From positions 1 to 64,000 of the forward strand of contig JAXMNT010000005.1 of assembly GCA_034670305.1 (NCBI GenBank): 64,000 bases of DNA. Direction: 5' to 3'. Source of the DNA: Deltaproteobacteria bacterium (GTDB taxonomy: Bacteria; Myxococcota_A; Polyangia; Polyangiales; Houyiibacteriaceae). Positions 28,485 through 39,247 of the stretch are shown here, piece after piece. The notes beneath the pieces are model-generated. The model was not told the DNA's origin. It did not search any database and saw nothing but the letters and a program-made list of their open reading frames with translations. Made by a program: the position numbers and the translations under genes. Position 1 is the first letter of the stretch. Each line of letters starts with the position of its first letter.

Positions 28485-28776
28485 GGGGGCCCCCATCCAG
28501 TCCTGCCTTTGCTGTACCCGCCCGGCGGGTGCGTGTCGAAGCGCGGCCGCAGCCGGCGCAGAAGTTCAGCGTGTTGCGTGGGGGGCGGCGGGCCGCCGGG
28601 CAACCGCTGCTGGACGAAGCGTTTGTCCGGGCGGTCGAGCCGTCGTGGGCGGGCTGCGAGCAGTTCGGCGGCAGGGCGACGTGCTGGGGCTCGTGCTGGA
28701 GGCGCTGGGGGCTTCCGTGCAGGGGCTTCAGGGGCGCCGTGTGTGGCAGGCGCTGCGCCCGGCGCTAGAGTCGCGC

Positions 28777-29570
28777 ATGGCGGAACCGAAGGACGAAGTC
28801 GCGACGGCTCCAAGCAAGAAGCCCAAACGAGCGTGGTGGCGGCGGCTCTTGCGCGGGCTCGGGGTGCTGGTGCTGGTGTTGATCCTTGGGCTGGTGGTGA
28901 CCGGGTTCGTGATGCACGAGCCGCTGCCGAGCGCGACGGCGGGACCCGAGGCGGACGCGAGGGCGCGCGCGATCCAAGAGAGCATCGAGCCCGATGCGTG
29001 GGCAGCCACCCAGGCAGTCGCCTGGACGTTCCGAGGCCGAAACCGGCACCTGTGGGACCGGGACCGCGGCTTCGTACGGGTCCGGTGGGGCGACACCGAA
29101 GTGCAGCTGCGGACCGGCGATCAATCCGGCTGGGCCGAAGTGGGTGGCGAGCGCGTCACTGGGGATGAGGGCGACGAACTCGTCGCGCAAGCCTACCGCT
29201 ACTTCATCAACGACTCGTTCTGGTTGATGCCGCTCGGCGGCTTCTTCGACGAGGGGGTCACCCGAGGCTCGGTGTCGCTCGACGGCGAAGACGCGCTCTT
29301 GATCACCTACGCGTCGGGCGGCGTCACGCCGGGTGACTCGTACGCGTGGTTCGTGGGCGCGGACGGCCGACCGACGAAGTGGAAGATGTGGGTCGGCATC
29401 CTGCCGGTCGGCGGCATCGACGTGACCTGGGAGGGGTGGCAGCAGCTCTCGAGCGGGGTCTGGGTGAGCACCTCGCACACCATCGAAGGCCTGCTCTCGC
29501 TGGACCTCGGGGACGTGCGCGGCGCGACCACCCTTGCCGCGCTCGAAGCCGAAGACCCCTTCCGGCTCTG

Positions 29571-29571
<1 letters not shown>
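28777..29571 (+). CDS. Conserved-looking hypothetical protein with an N-terminal TM anchor
   Basis: TM segment after KKPKRAWWRR; Trp-rich body with FINDSFWL and ITYASGGVTPGDSYAW. Confidence 0.75.
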
Positions 29572-29812
<241 letters not shown>

Positions 29813-29845
29813 CGCGGCAGCCACCCGCAGCCACAGGGACGGCGA

Positions 29846-32800
29846 TTAGCGCAGCGTGGTCTCTCGCGATTCCGCTGCGTCTACCTGGCGGCACCAGTTC
29901 GCGAACGCTTCGTACTCGTTCGGCTCGATGCGGACGAGCGGCACCCGGAGCTGCCGTTCGATCTGCAGGTAGCCGTCCTGTTCGCTCGCGCGCACGGTGA
30001 ACTTCACCCCAGCCGGACCGTTCAGTTCCAAGGGCTCGAGGTTGGTGCTCGGCGCGCCGCCTTCGGTGCGGACCCGGACGACGACGTCGAGGTTCACCGG
30101 CGGGCCGACGACCTGGGCCGTCGTGCGGCTGGATGTGCTCGCGAAACGTTGCGCGAGGCTGGTCGGGAAGAGACCCGGCAGCACCATCGCGCCGCCCTGA
30201 GCGCGCGCGAGCGACGACACCCGCGCGACGTACCGGAGCACGAAGGGCTGCGCTGGTTGTTCGCGGCCGGTGATGGTCAGCGACTCCATCGTGGCGCCGT
30301 TGAAGAGGCGCGCGACGTAGGCTTCTTCGAAGCGCTGTTCGAGGACTGCTTCAGGCACCCCTTCGAGATCGTTGCGCCACTCGATCGCGCCCGCACCCCG
30401 GAAGGTCTCGGTGACCTCGACCTGCGCAGAGCCATCCGCCTGCACGTCCGCGACGATCTCGACGCGGCGGTGATCCGAGCCCGGCGGCGCGGGCGGAATG
30501 ACGATGCGTTCGGCGGCGGTCGCGTCGGCCGATGTGAGCACGAGCGCGTCCTGTTCGCGGAGCGCCGGCGACACGTAGCCGTAGGGGATGCCGCGCGCGG
30601 TCGGCTGCAAGAAGTCGCTGCCGACCCGCAGCGCGAGGTTGCGGTAGGTCTCCTCGTCGGCGAGCTCGCTCTGGGTTTGGTCGCTGCCGAAGCCGCGGGC
30701 CAAGATGAGCTCGGACTGGATGTCGAGCAGGCCGAGCATGTAGTGCAGAAGCCGGGAGCGGTTGCCAGTGCGGCCAGCCAACATCGGCGCGACCTGCCCG
30801 AACACGTCGTTGTTGTGTTCGATGTTCTCGAGCAACCAGTAGTAGAGCTTCTCGGCCTTCTCGCGGTCGGTCTGCGCATGCGCGGTGATCTCCCGCGCGG
30901 TGCGCATGGCGGCCGGGTCGATGGTGTCGCGGTCCGCGAGCACGTCGCGGAGTCCGCCGAGGAACCCCACCCAGTTGGCGTTCACGCCCCAGTTGATCGA
31001 GGGGATGAACTCGCGGCCGGCGACGCTGGCCGGCTCCTGCACGAGCGGCGCGCTCTGATCGAAACGCCAGCGGTACTCGGTCTCTCCGCTCGGCAGCGCG
31101 CGCTGCGCGGTCTCGGGCGCCGGTCCGCGCGGGTCGACGGTGGCCTCGAGGCCGGGCGGCAAGATCACCACGAGTTCGGTGCGGTCGAAGGGCACCTCGA
31201 AGCTCGCGAAGTAGAACCGGTCGCCGACCAGTCCGCCCGGGAGACCGGCGGGCGGATCGAGCACCCGCACATACTCGGACTCGACGTAGTCGCCGCTCGC
31301 GAGGTTCGGGAGTGAGATCGTGTCCTTGCCCTCGATCAGATCCGGTTCGAGCAAGGTGCCGTCCGGTTTGATGGTGCGCAGCTTGAGCATGTACGCGCCT
31401 TCGGGCGGGGCGAACTCGCCTTGTTCGTCCACCGCTTCTTCGCTCTGAAGGCGGTAGATCTGATGGGTGAGCGCGAGCGAGCTCAGGTCTTCGAAGACCC
31501 GCACGACCGTGTAGTCGAACACCAAGACCTGGGGCTGGTCGTAGGTGCGCTCCGAGGCTTCGAACCCGCGCACGAGCTCCGGGCCATCCACCCGGTAGCC
31601 CTCGAACTCGAAGCCGCCACCGAGCGCGGTGCGGATGCGGCGCAGGTCGGCCATCGACGCGGGCTCCTCTGCGAGGGCTTCCTCCAGAACCTGCAACGCG
31701 CCGGCCGCGTTGCCCTGCGCGAGCTGGTGGTCGGCGCGGTTGAGGCGCACCGTGGCCGAACGCGGCGAGTCCTGCTGCATGGCCAAGAGCACCTGGGTGA
31801 CCGCTTCCGGCGCGCCGCCCGCTTCGGCGAGATCGAGATGACTTGCGAGCAAACGCGCCTGTCCCTGCGGCGGTTCGAGCGACGCGAGGCGGTCGAGTTC
31901 GGCGCGGGCTTCGGGCCAGCGGCGCGCTTGCACGAGCTGCTGGTAGCGCTCGCTGCTGCGCGCGTCGCACTCGACGACCTTCTCCAGCTGCGCGTCGATC
32001 TCCGCGACGCGGTCGTGGCGCTTCGCGTATGCGAGCGCGAGCTCGAGCGGTACGCAGTTGCCGGGCAGGATCTCGATGGCGCCTTCGATGTGTTCGACCG
32101 CGCGTGAGTCCCAGCCTCGGTTGAGCAAGAGCTGCGCGAGGGTCAGCCGGAAGAGCGCGATCTCGGGGAACGTCTCGATGTCGCGGCGCAGGTTCTCCAT
32201 CGCCGGCTGGTCGCGGCCTTCGGCGGCTTGCAGCTGGGCGAGGGTGAGACGCGCGTACCAGGCCTTGTCGTCCTTCTCCCGCACGTGGCGGAGCAACATG
32301 CGCGCGTGGTCCCGGCGCATGTCGCCGGTGATGCCCGGATCGGCGAGCGCGACGGCGGCCTTCAAGGTGCCGGTCACGGTGTTGCGGCCGCCGAGCTGGC
32401 GCAGGGCTTCGCGCGCACCAACGGCGTCGCCACGCGAAAAGCGCAGCGTGCCGCGCAGGAAGACGTTCCAGGCGTCGTCGCCTTCGGGTTCGTAGTTCGC
32501 GAAGCCCGCGCCCGGGAGGATCGAGACCATCAGGATCGGGTTCGGGTGGCGGGTGGTGACCTTGACCTGCACTTCGTGCCGGCCCGCTTCGAGCCGGGCG
32601 CGGTGGAAAGTCACGCGGCGCAGCGGTTCGCGGCGGTGGTCGAGGCGGGTGATGCGCTCGCCATCGATCTTCACCTCGACCGAGTTCGGTGTCTCGAGCC
32701 GGAGCGTGTACTCACCGGTCTGCGCGATGTCGACGAAGGTCTCCGCGTAGGTCGTGCCCGAAAGCGGCAGCGGTCCCTGCCCGAGATGGAGTGCGCAGCC

Positions 32801-33622
32801 GCGGGTCCCGTAGGTGCGGGTCGGGCGTTCGCCTCGGCCGATGCCGAGGTCGTACGACGCGGCCATCGGTCCCACCGCGTCCGCGGCGTGCGTGTCGTCG
32901 AAGCTCAGCAGATCGCGCGGGCCGAAGGGACCCGCGACCGACCACTCGGGCGCACAACCGGACTGCAGCGCGAGCTCGGCGACCTTGGCCGCGTCGCCGG
33001 CGCGGTAGGCGAGCTCCACCTGCACGTCGGTGATGGTCTGGCGCGCGCCGATCGGAAGGTGCGGGGCGAGCTCCGCGAGCTCGGACGCGGCGACGTCGGC
33101 GAAGTTCGGCGCGAGCTGCGCGAGCTCTTCGACGCCGGCCGCGGCGATCTCCGCGACGACTTCATCGCCATCGCTGCGCAGGTTCTTCAACGTGTCGAGG
33201 AACGCACGCAGCGCACGCGCCGGCTCGCCGTGACTGTGGGCCTGCAGCGCGACCATCAGGTGCACGCTCGCGCTTCGAGGCGCGAGTGCGAGTGCGCGTT
33301 CGATCGCCGCTTGCTGCCGCTCGGGATCGCCGTCGTCGCGGGTCAGTTCACCCGCGGCCAGATCGAACGCGGCGCTGGGGTCGGTGGGGTTGTCGGCCGC
33401 CGCGCGCCGGAGGTCTTCGATGGTCAGTTCGTCCGCGGTCGTCTCGCCGCGCCGCGGGCATCCGACCATGGCGAGACAGAGCAAGAGCACGCCGAGTCGG
33501 GACAGCGCGGACAGGGTCAAGGAGCGGGGCATGGAGGACATGGATCGGCCGTGCGAAGGAGAGAGGACCTGCGACGAAGGGTGCAGAACGGGGGGCGTCG
33601 AAGACGAAGCGGAGAACGACAT
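29846..33622 (-). CDS. TPR + DUF3857 + transglutaminase-like lipoprotein, probably inactive
   Basis: Lipobox LAMVG-C and TPR-like helices. DUF3857-like RTIKPDG...LPNLASGDYVE. The TGase site reads GRTGNRSRLL, with no Cys. Start is 33622 (coupled to the upstream stop) or 33532. Confidence 0.75.
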   Translation of the reverse strand: MSFSASSSTPPVLHPSSQVLSPSHGRSMSSMPRSLTLSALSRLGVLLLCLAMVGCPRRGETTADELTIEDLRRAAADNPTDPSAAFDLAAGELTRDDGDPERQQAAIERALALAPRSASVHLMVALQAHSHGEPARALRAFLDTLKNLRSDGDEVVAEIAAAGVEELAQLAPNFADVAASELAELAPHLPIGARQTITDVQVELAYRAGDAAKVAELALQSGCAPEWSVAGPFGPRDLLSFDDTHAADAVGPMAASYDLGIGRGERPTRTYGTRGCALHLGQGPLPLSGTTYAETFVDIAQTGEYTLRLETPNSVEVKIDGERITRLDHRREPLRRVTFHRARLEAGRHEVQVKVTTRHPNPILMVSILPGAGFANYEPEGDDAWNVFLRGTLRFSRGDAVGAREALRQLGGRNTVTGTLKAAVALADPGITGDMRRDHARMLLRHVREKDDKAWYARLTLAQLQAAEGRDQPAMENLRRDIETFPEIALFRLTLAQLLLNRGWDSRAVEHIEGAIEILPGNCVPLELALAYAKRHDRVAEIDAQLEKVVECDARSSERYQQLVQARRWPEARAELDRLASLEPPQGQARLLASHLDLAEAGGAPEAVTQVLLAMQQDSPRSATVRLNRADHQLAQGNAAGALQVLEEALAEEPASMADLRRIRTALGGGFEFEGYRVDGPELVRGFEASERTYDQPQVLVFDYTVVRVFEDLSSLALTHQIYRLQSEEAVDEQGEFAPPEGAYMLKLRTIKPDGTLLEPDLIEGKDTISLPNLASGDYVESEYVRVLDPPAGLPGGLVGDRFYFASFEVPFDRTELVVILPPGLEATVDPRGPAPETAQRALPSGETEYRWRFDQSAPLVQEPASVAGREFIPSINWGVNANWVGFLGGLRDVLADRDTIDPAAMRTAREITAHAQTDREKAEKLYYWLLENIEHNNDVFGQVAPMLAGRTGNRSRLLHYMLGLLDIQSELILARGFGSDQTQSELADEETYRNLALRVGSDFLQPTARGIPYGYVSPALREQDALVLTSADATAAERIVIPPAPPGSDHRRVEIVADVQADGSAQVEVTETFRGAGAIEWRNDLEGVPEAVLEQRFEEAYVARLFNGATMESLTITGREQPAQPFVLRYVARVSSLARAQGGAMVLPGLFPTSLAQRFASTSSRTTAQVVGPPVNLDVVVRVRTEGGAPSTNLEPLELNGPAGVKFTVRASEQDGYLQIERQLRVPLVRIEPNEYEAFANWCRQVDAAESRETTLR

Positions 33623-36600
33623 CAGCGGCCTCCTTCGAGGATCAGGCGCTGTTGGAGAATGCGGTCGGCGGCCTGCACCCAGGCGCGGAACGCCGGGTAC
33701 TCCTCGGGGGTGACGCGGTCGCGCCGTATCTCGAGTTCGGTGCGGGTCTGCACCTGGCGCGCGGTGGCTTCGACGGTGACGCGCAACCGGCCGAACGGAC
33801 TCTCCGCTTCGCCGCCTTCGGGCGACTGCGAGGCACGCATGCCGTTCGGCATGTGGATCACGCGCTCTTCGATGTAGGAAGACGGGCTGCCGAGATCGAG
33901 CGGGTACCGCCGGGTCTGGGTGCGCGCGAAGCTGCTCGTCAGATCGCCGAGCACGGAGGTCGGCGCGCGGAGCTGCTCGCCGTCGCGTTGCGCGAGCTGC
34001 GGCGCTTCGGCGGTGTACTCGTAGCGCACGTTGCCTTCGAGGGTGTCGAGCCCGGTGAAGCGCTGCGACTGCAGGCTCAACCCGGGAAAGAGATGGCGCA
34101 GGCTGCGCTCGAGCCGCTCCTGCCGGGTGCCTTCGGCCTGGTACTGGCTGCGGTACGCCGGCGCTTGCCCGCCGGTGACGGTGTCGTTGCCACGAAGGGT
34201 CGCGGAGCCATCGCGGGCGAGGCGCACGTCGAGGTTGCGCTCGCGCTGGTTCTGGGCCGGCGGCAACACCGGGGTGCGGCGAAGCTCCGAACCGGTCGGC
34301 CAGACGTGCAGCACGGTGACGCCCTGGTCCATGTCGGGCAGCTCCGTGATGCCGCTGTGCTCCGCGGTGCCGTCGATGTAGAGGTCGAGCTCCGGCACGT
34401 ACGCGATCGCGTGATCGAACACCGCGAGGCTGGCGGGCAGGTCGCGGATCTGACCGTTGCGCCGAGTGCGGGTCAGGATGATGTGCGCGTTGATGCCCGC
34501 GTGGGTGAACATCGCGTAGAGCAGCGACGCCTTGTCTTTGCAGTCGCCGAAGCCGCGCCGAACGATCTGCGTGACTCGGTACGGCTTGTAGCCGTGGATG
34601 CCGAACTCGAGCCCGACGTAGCGGGTGTTCTGCACGACCCAGTCGTGGATCGCGACGACCTTGTCGCGCAGGTTGGTCTTGCCAGCGACGAGCTCGTCGA
34701 CCGTGCGTCGGAGCGACTCGTCGGTCTGAAGCTGGTCTTGGATGAGGCCCCAGTACCAGCGCCCGACGTCCTCCCAGGTGCCGTACGTAGAGACGTGCAG
34801 GTAGGGCGCGATCTCGGTGAAGCCGGGCATGCCGGGCTCGCTGCGAATCGCCGGCACGTCGTCCGCCCAGTAGCGGTAGATGCGGTTGTCGCCGTCGACC
34901 GTCGCGGTGTGCTGCAGGCCTTCGAGTTGCGGTTCGTTGAAGAAGAACTCCCGCGAGGCCGGCGTGATGAGCACGTACTCCTCGTGTTTCACCGGCTGCA
35001 TCGACTGCAGGAAGGTGAGGTCGCCGTAGTAGTCGGCGAAGAGGTTGCGGTGCGCGACGTCGTCGATGCGCCAGCGCAGTTCGACCACATCGCCCGGCTG
35101 GAGATCCGGGAACACGACGACCAGCGCGCGGGTGTCGTAGTAGATCCGGTACCAGGGTTCGCCGAGCTGCTGCTCAAAGTACTGGGTGGCTTCGAGGCGG
35201 GTTCCGTCGCGGCGGTAGACCCGCGCGAGACGCACGTCGATGCGCTGCGAGGTGGGGTCGAACTGCATCGAGTAGGTGCGCATCTGGCGCGCGCCTTCGT
35301 CGTCGTGGACCTGCACTGCGATCTGCCGAAAGCTCGAGCCGAGCCCGTTGTCGTAGACGGTGTTGACGGTGAGATCCTGCAGGGTGGTGAGCGGGAACCC
35401 GCCCGCCTCGCCGCGGCGCGCAAGCAGCGCGTCTCCGTCTGCTGCGAGCGCTTCGTCGCGGCGCTCCTGCGGTTCGATCTGTTCGAGCAGCTCGCGGGTC
35501 CCGGCATCCTGAGGACGCAAGACCAGCGCAGCACGCAGCGCTTGAATGGCCGCGTCGCTCTGCTGCATGCGCAGGAGGAGCTGCGCGTGGGCGACCAGGG
35601 TGCCGGCTTCTTCGGGCGCGAGCCGGCGCGCCTGGGCGAAGACTTCGATCGCGTCGCCGGTGCGGCCGATCGCTTCGTAGATCGCCGCCACGTAAGTGAG
35701 GTTCGGCAGCACCGCCGGCGCGTTCTGACGGATCGCTTCGAGCTGCGCGACGACGGCCGGCATGTCGCGGCGGCGCACCCCGTCGGCGACCAGCACGCGA
35801 CGGCTCGCGCGGTCGTTCCACTGCTGGGCCACCGCGCGGGTGCGGAGCTCGACGGCGGCATCCGGGTTGTTGGCCGCGGCCAAGTACTCGGCGCGCAGGC
35901 GCAACCAGCCCGCCGCGTTCGGGGCGTGTCGTCCCGCGTCTTCGACCACCCGGCGCGCAGCCTGGGGCAGATCCATCTCCTGAAGGATGCGGGCCCGCAG
36001 CACCGCGGCCTGCATGCCCATCGTGCCGCTCTGCGCGATCGGTTCGATCCGGTCGAGCACGGGCAAAGCGTCTTCGCCGTGCAGTCCCGCCGCCACGAGC
36101 TGCGCGTGCAGCAGGTGCGCCTCGGGGGCGTTCGGGTAGCGCTCGAGCGCCTGGGCGGCGAAGCGCATCCGATCGCCGCGCTGCTCTTGCAGTCGCGACG
36201 CGAAGAGGAGGTGGTCGAGCTGCGGATCCGCCTCGGCCGCGCGGGCGGCGAGTTGGCGGGCGGGGAACTCGGCCGGATCGTCGCTGCCGCTCCACTGCAG
36301 GTAGCGGGCGAGGTCGTAGAGGTCGCGGCCGCTGGCGCGCTCGGCGTCCGCGGCCGACTGAAGGGTCTCGAAGATGGTCGGGCGGGCGCGCGGCAAGCGT
36401 GCGCCGTGGCCGGCACCCGCCGCCTCCGCGATGGTCGCGCCGACATGGGTGACCCCGCGCGGGGCGCGGCCGTTCGGATCGGTCACGCGGAGGTAGAAGC
36501 CCCAGGTCGACTCGGTGACGCAGGTCTTCACGAGGAGGCGGTTGACGCCGGCGTGCGCGCCGACGAGCGCGCGCGAGCGGTCCGGATCCGGTTCGCGGTA

Positions 36601-37335
36601 GACGTTGTCCGAGTGGACCTTCTCGCCGTTCCACCACACCGAGATGGCGCCGCCCCCACCGAGCGAGAGCGCGAGTGCTTGGCTGCGTTCGGACACGATG
36701 GTGGTCTGGGCGTAGCCGCAGACGTTGGCGTAGGGACGGAAGAGCGCGTCGAAGTCGACGTAGCCCACCCGCGTGATGTCCGGGTACGGGCGCCACTGCA
36801 CCTCGCGCTCTTTGCCTTGGTAGCGCACGTCGGTGTCGAACGCGGCCATGCGGTGTTCTTCCGGTCCGTCCTCGCGCTCGAAGCCCTGTTTGCCTTCGTT
36901 GTCGAACGGACCGATGACCTGCCAGTCCGTCACGTAGCCGAGGTCGCGGGTGATCTCGACGGCCTGCTCCAGGTGGCCTCGTCGGATCTCCGCGCGCGCG
37001 AGCAGCGAGCGGGCGTAGTCGCGCCGCTCTTGGGGCACGCGCCGGTTGTCCACGATGCCTTGCAGGAGCTCCAAGGTGACCGCCGGGTCGACCTGGTCCC
37101 ATGCGTTCCAGAGCTCGAGGAGCGGCAAGATGCCCCGGGCGCCGCGTTCCGTCGTGGCCTCGCGGGCGAGCGTGCGCTGCGCGGCGTCGAACGGCGTGCT
37201 GAAGGTGCGGACCGGGGTCGCCGCGACCGCGGCTGGACGAGCGGTCCGAGCCTGGGCAGCGCGGGGCTGGGCGGCACAGAGCGTTGGCACCGCGAAGGCC
37301 AGGAGCAACGAGAGAGGGACGGAGCGAACGGTCAA
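33622..37335 (-). CDS. Exported TPR + DUF3857 + transglutaminase-like protein
   Basis: Signal peptide, VFPDLQPGDVVE, RYVGLEFG, catalytic GDCKDKA (Cys), FDHAIAY (His) and YIDGT (Asp). Confidence 0.88.
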   Translation of the reverse strand: MTVRSVPLSLLLAFAVPTLCAAQPRAAQARTARPAAVAATPVRTFSTPFDAAQRTLAREATTERGARGILPLLELWNAWDQVDPAVTLELLQGIVDNRRVPQERRDYARSLLARAEIRRGHLEQAVEITRDLGYVTDWQVIGPFDNEGKQGFEREDGPEEHRMAAFDTDVRYQGKEREVQWRPYPDITRVGYVDFDALFRPYANVCGYAQTTIVSERSQALALSLGGGGAISVWWNGEKVHSDNVYREPDPDRSRALVGAHAGVNRLLVKTCVTESTWGFYLRVTDPNGRAPRGVTHVGATIAEAAGAGHGARLPRARPTIFETLQSAADAERASGRDLYDLARYLQWSGSDDPAEFPARQLAARAAEADPQLDHLLFASRLQEQRGDRMRFAAQALERYPNAPEAHLLHAQLVAAGLHGEDALPVLDRIEPIAQSGTMGMQAAVLRARILQEMDLPQAARRVVEDAGRHAPNAAGWLRLRAEYLAAANNPDAAVELRTRAVAQQWNDRASRRVLVADGVRRRDMPAVVAQLEAIRQNAPAVLPNLTYVAAIYEAIGRTGDAIEVFAQARRLAPEEAGTLVAHAQLLLRMQQSDAAIQALRAALVLRPQDAGTRELLEQIEPQERRDEALAADGDALLARRGEAGGFPLTTLQDLTVNTVYDNGLGSSFRQIAVQVHDDEGARQMRTYSMQFDPTSQRIDVRLARVYRRDGTRLEATQYFEQQLGEPWYRIYYDTRALVVVFPDLQPGDVVELRWRIDDVAHRNLFADYYGDLTFLQSMQPVKHEEYVLITPASREFFFNEPQLEGLQHTATVDGDNRIYRYWADDVPAIRSEPGMPGFTEIAPYLHVSTYGTWEDVGRWYWGLIQDQLQTDESLRRTVDELVAGKTNLRDKVVAIHDWVVQNTRYVGLEFGIHGYKPYRVTQIVRRGFGDCKDKASLLYAMFTHAGINAHIILTRTRRNGQIRDLPASLAVFDHAIAYVPELDLYIDGTAEHSGITELPDMDQGVTVLHVWPTGSELRRTPVLPPAQNQRERNLDVRLARDGSATLRGNDTVTGGQAPAYRSQYQAEGTRQERLERSLRHLFPGLSLQSQRFTGLDTLEGNVRYEYTAEAPQLAQRDGEQLRAPTSVLGDLTSSFARTQTRRYPLDLGSPSSYIEERVIHMPNGMRASQSPEGGEAESPFGRLRVTVEATARQVQTRTELEIRRDRVTPEEYPAFRAWVQAADRILQQRLILEGGR

Positions 37336-37498
37336 GGGAACCTCGGAAGGGGAGCGGGCGGATGAACGTGGAGCCCTAATACGACCGCAGCCAGCCGTAA
37401 ACGTTTGTTTGCGGCCGCAGTCGAGCCCAGCCGTTCCAGTGCCGACACGCCAAAGGGGTCAGATGTTCCGGAGGACCCCAAACCCGACAACCCCAAAC

Positions 37499-37820
37499 CC
37501 TTGCCCGTGCCCGTGCCCGTGCCCTTGCCCTGGATTGTCCCGAAGCCGAAGCCGACGCCGAGGTCCGCCGGCGTAGCTGGTGCTGGTGCTGGTGCTGGTG
37601 CTGGTGCTGGTGCTGCTGCTGGTGCTGGTGCTGCGGCTGGGTCTGGTGCTGCGGCTGGGTCTGGTGCTGACGCTGGTGCTGTTCACCCGAAGCCGACCCC
37701 GAAGCCGCTGCCGAAGCCGACCCCGAAGCCGACGCCGAAGCCGAAGCCGCTGCCGAAGCCGACCCCGAAGCCGCTGCCGAAGCCGACGCCGAAGCCCGAA
37801 GCCGATGGCGACGGCGACTG
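37499..37820. repeat. Composite intergenic hexamer tract: (GCCCGT)n, (GCTGGT)n, (GCCGAN/CCCGAA)n
   Basis: Directly visible blocks of period-6 repeats. Confidence 0.9.
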
Positions 37821-37863
37821 CCGACACCGAACCCGACGCCAAGCGTTTGCGTCGTCGGTGGGT

Positions 37864-38859
37864 CTATCCGAGGTGGGTGGGGCGGGGCCAGACGCACTGC
37901 GGCGGGAGGGGGCGGAGGGTCCACTGGGCGGAGGCGCCTTGGGCGAGCAGCGCCATGGTCAGCGTCACGAGCTCGCGGCGGCCGGCGGTGGGTTCTCCGA
38001 GCTTGGCCACCACTCCGTTCACTGCGTGGAAGACGTCGTTCTGAGCGTTCTTCGGCAAATCGACGAACATCATCAGCTGGTCTTCGAAGTGACAGAAGAA
38101 GACGAAGCGGTCGCGGGGGTGACACAGCGGGAGGTAGGCCCGGACCGCGTTGATCTCGACGGGGCTCGGCGGCCGGTCGAGCGGTACGACGCGCGCGGCG
38201 GCGGAGACCACCGCAGCCAGCCCGGCCGGATCGTTCTGGTCGTCGAGCAGGTACGCACCGGCGATGAGGAAAGCGAACGCGTGCTGCCGGGTCCAGCCGT
38301 CAGAGAATCGGTGGAACCGACCGAGGAACGAGATGCGCTGAATGGTGTCCCCGAGGTTGCCCGGCTGGAGCAGGGCCTCGAGCATCGCCGGGTTCTTCGC
38401 GCGCATCATGTCCTGCTGGCCCAGCTCCACGTTGCCATCGCCCGAGTCGACCCCCATCTGGCCCTGCGCGCTCCTCCAGACGTGGTGGAGCGTACGGCTT
38501 AGGTCGATCGTCGGTGTGGAGCCGAGCGCGCGGATCCGGATGGCGGCGCCGAGCGCCCACCGCAGGGTCTCGCGGTCGCGGGCCACGAGCAGCCGACTGC
38601 CGTGACGGAGCAGTTCCGCGCCGAACGCGTCTGGGTCGGGCGCGCGCGCCAGGAACTGCTGCACGACGGGCTCGGCCGCCGCGAGCAGGGTCTCGGCCGG
38701 TGCTTCGCAATAACAGGGCACGTACTTTCGCAGCTCGAAGAGGATGCGATCGCGCTGGTCCCCGGTGAGGGGCGCGCCGTCCGCACGGCCGGTCAGCGTC
38801 ATGAGCACCGCGGCGGACCGAAGCGCGGACCACTCACCACCCGCCGGAAGATTCGTCAT
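37864..38859 (-). CDS. Hypothetical protein (N-terminus weakly TerB-like)
   Basis: Coding-like frame from ATG 38859. [21 protein letters not shown] is only reminiscent of TerB. Confidence 0.6.
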   Translation of the reverse strand: MTNLPAGGEWSALRSAAVLMTLTGRADGAPLTGDQRDRILFELRKYVPCYCEAPAETLLAAAEPVVQQFLARAPDPDAFGAELLRHGSRLLVARDRETLRWALGAAIRIRALGSTPTIDLSRTLHHVWRSAQGQMGVDSGDGNVELGQQDMMRAKNPAMLEALLQPGNLGDTIQRISFLGRFHRFSDGWTRQHAFAFLIAGAYLLDDQNDPAGLAAVVSAAARVVPLDRPPSPVEINAVRAYLPLCHPRDRFVFFCHFEDQLMMFVDLPKNAQNDVFHAVNGVVAKLGEPTAGRRELVTLTMALLAQGASAQWTLRPLPPQCVWPRPTHLG

Positions 38860-38959
38860 CGGGGGAGCGTGCCGTCGGCGCGTGTGCGTTGCAAATGGCG
38901 CGACGGGCTCCTTGGTCCGTGCACCCGAAGGGCGACTCATGGAACTCGAAGGGACACGG

Positions 38960-39142
38960 ACTCGATGTGCGGGCGGCGCTATTGCTGCCGAAGAGGAACT
39001 CCCGCATCACGCCGCCGCTGCTGCCGGACTGCAGCGCGGCCGTCGCACCACTCGTGTTGTGAAAGGTCCCGTCGCGCCACTGCGGCGAAGCCTGGACCCG
39101 CTCGCGCCTCAGCCCGCGGAACCAATGGGCGACTGGGGTCAT
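38960..39142 (-). pseudogene. Truncated N-terminal remnant of a RomA-like MBL-fold hydrolase
   Basis: GLRRERVQASPQWRDGTFHNTSG...MREFLFG resembles the N-terminus of that family, but no HxHxDH core follows. Divergent from the TetR gene. Confidence 0.5.
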
Positions 39143-39183
39143 GGTCTGGGCAACCTGGTCATGGCTGCGCGACTCTGGTCACA

Positions 39184-39219
39184 GTAGACAACATGGGTCC
39201 AATCTGTCTACCTTGTCAA
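39184..39219. promoter_or_regulatory. Putative TetR operator with an adjacent minus-strand -35 box
   Basis: Inverted repeat GTAGACA-N14-TGTCTAC (39184-39211); TTGACA on the minus strand at 39214-39219. Confidence 0.6.
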
Positions 39220-39247
39220 CCACCGGGCGAAGGGCTAGCGTGGCGGC

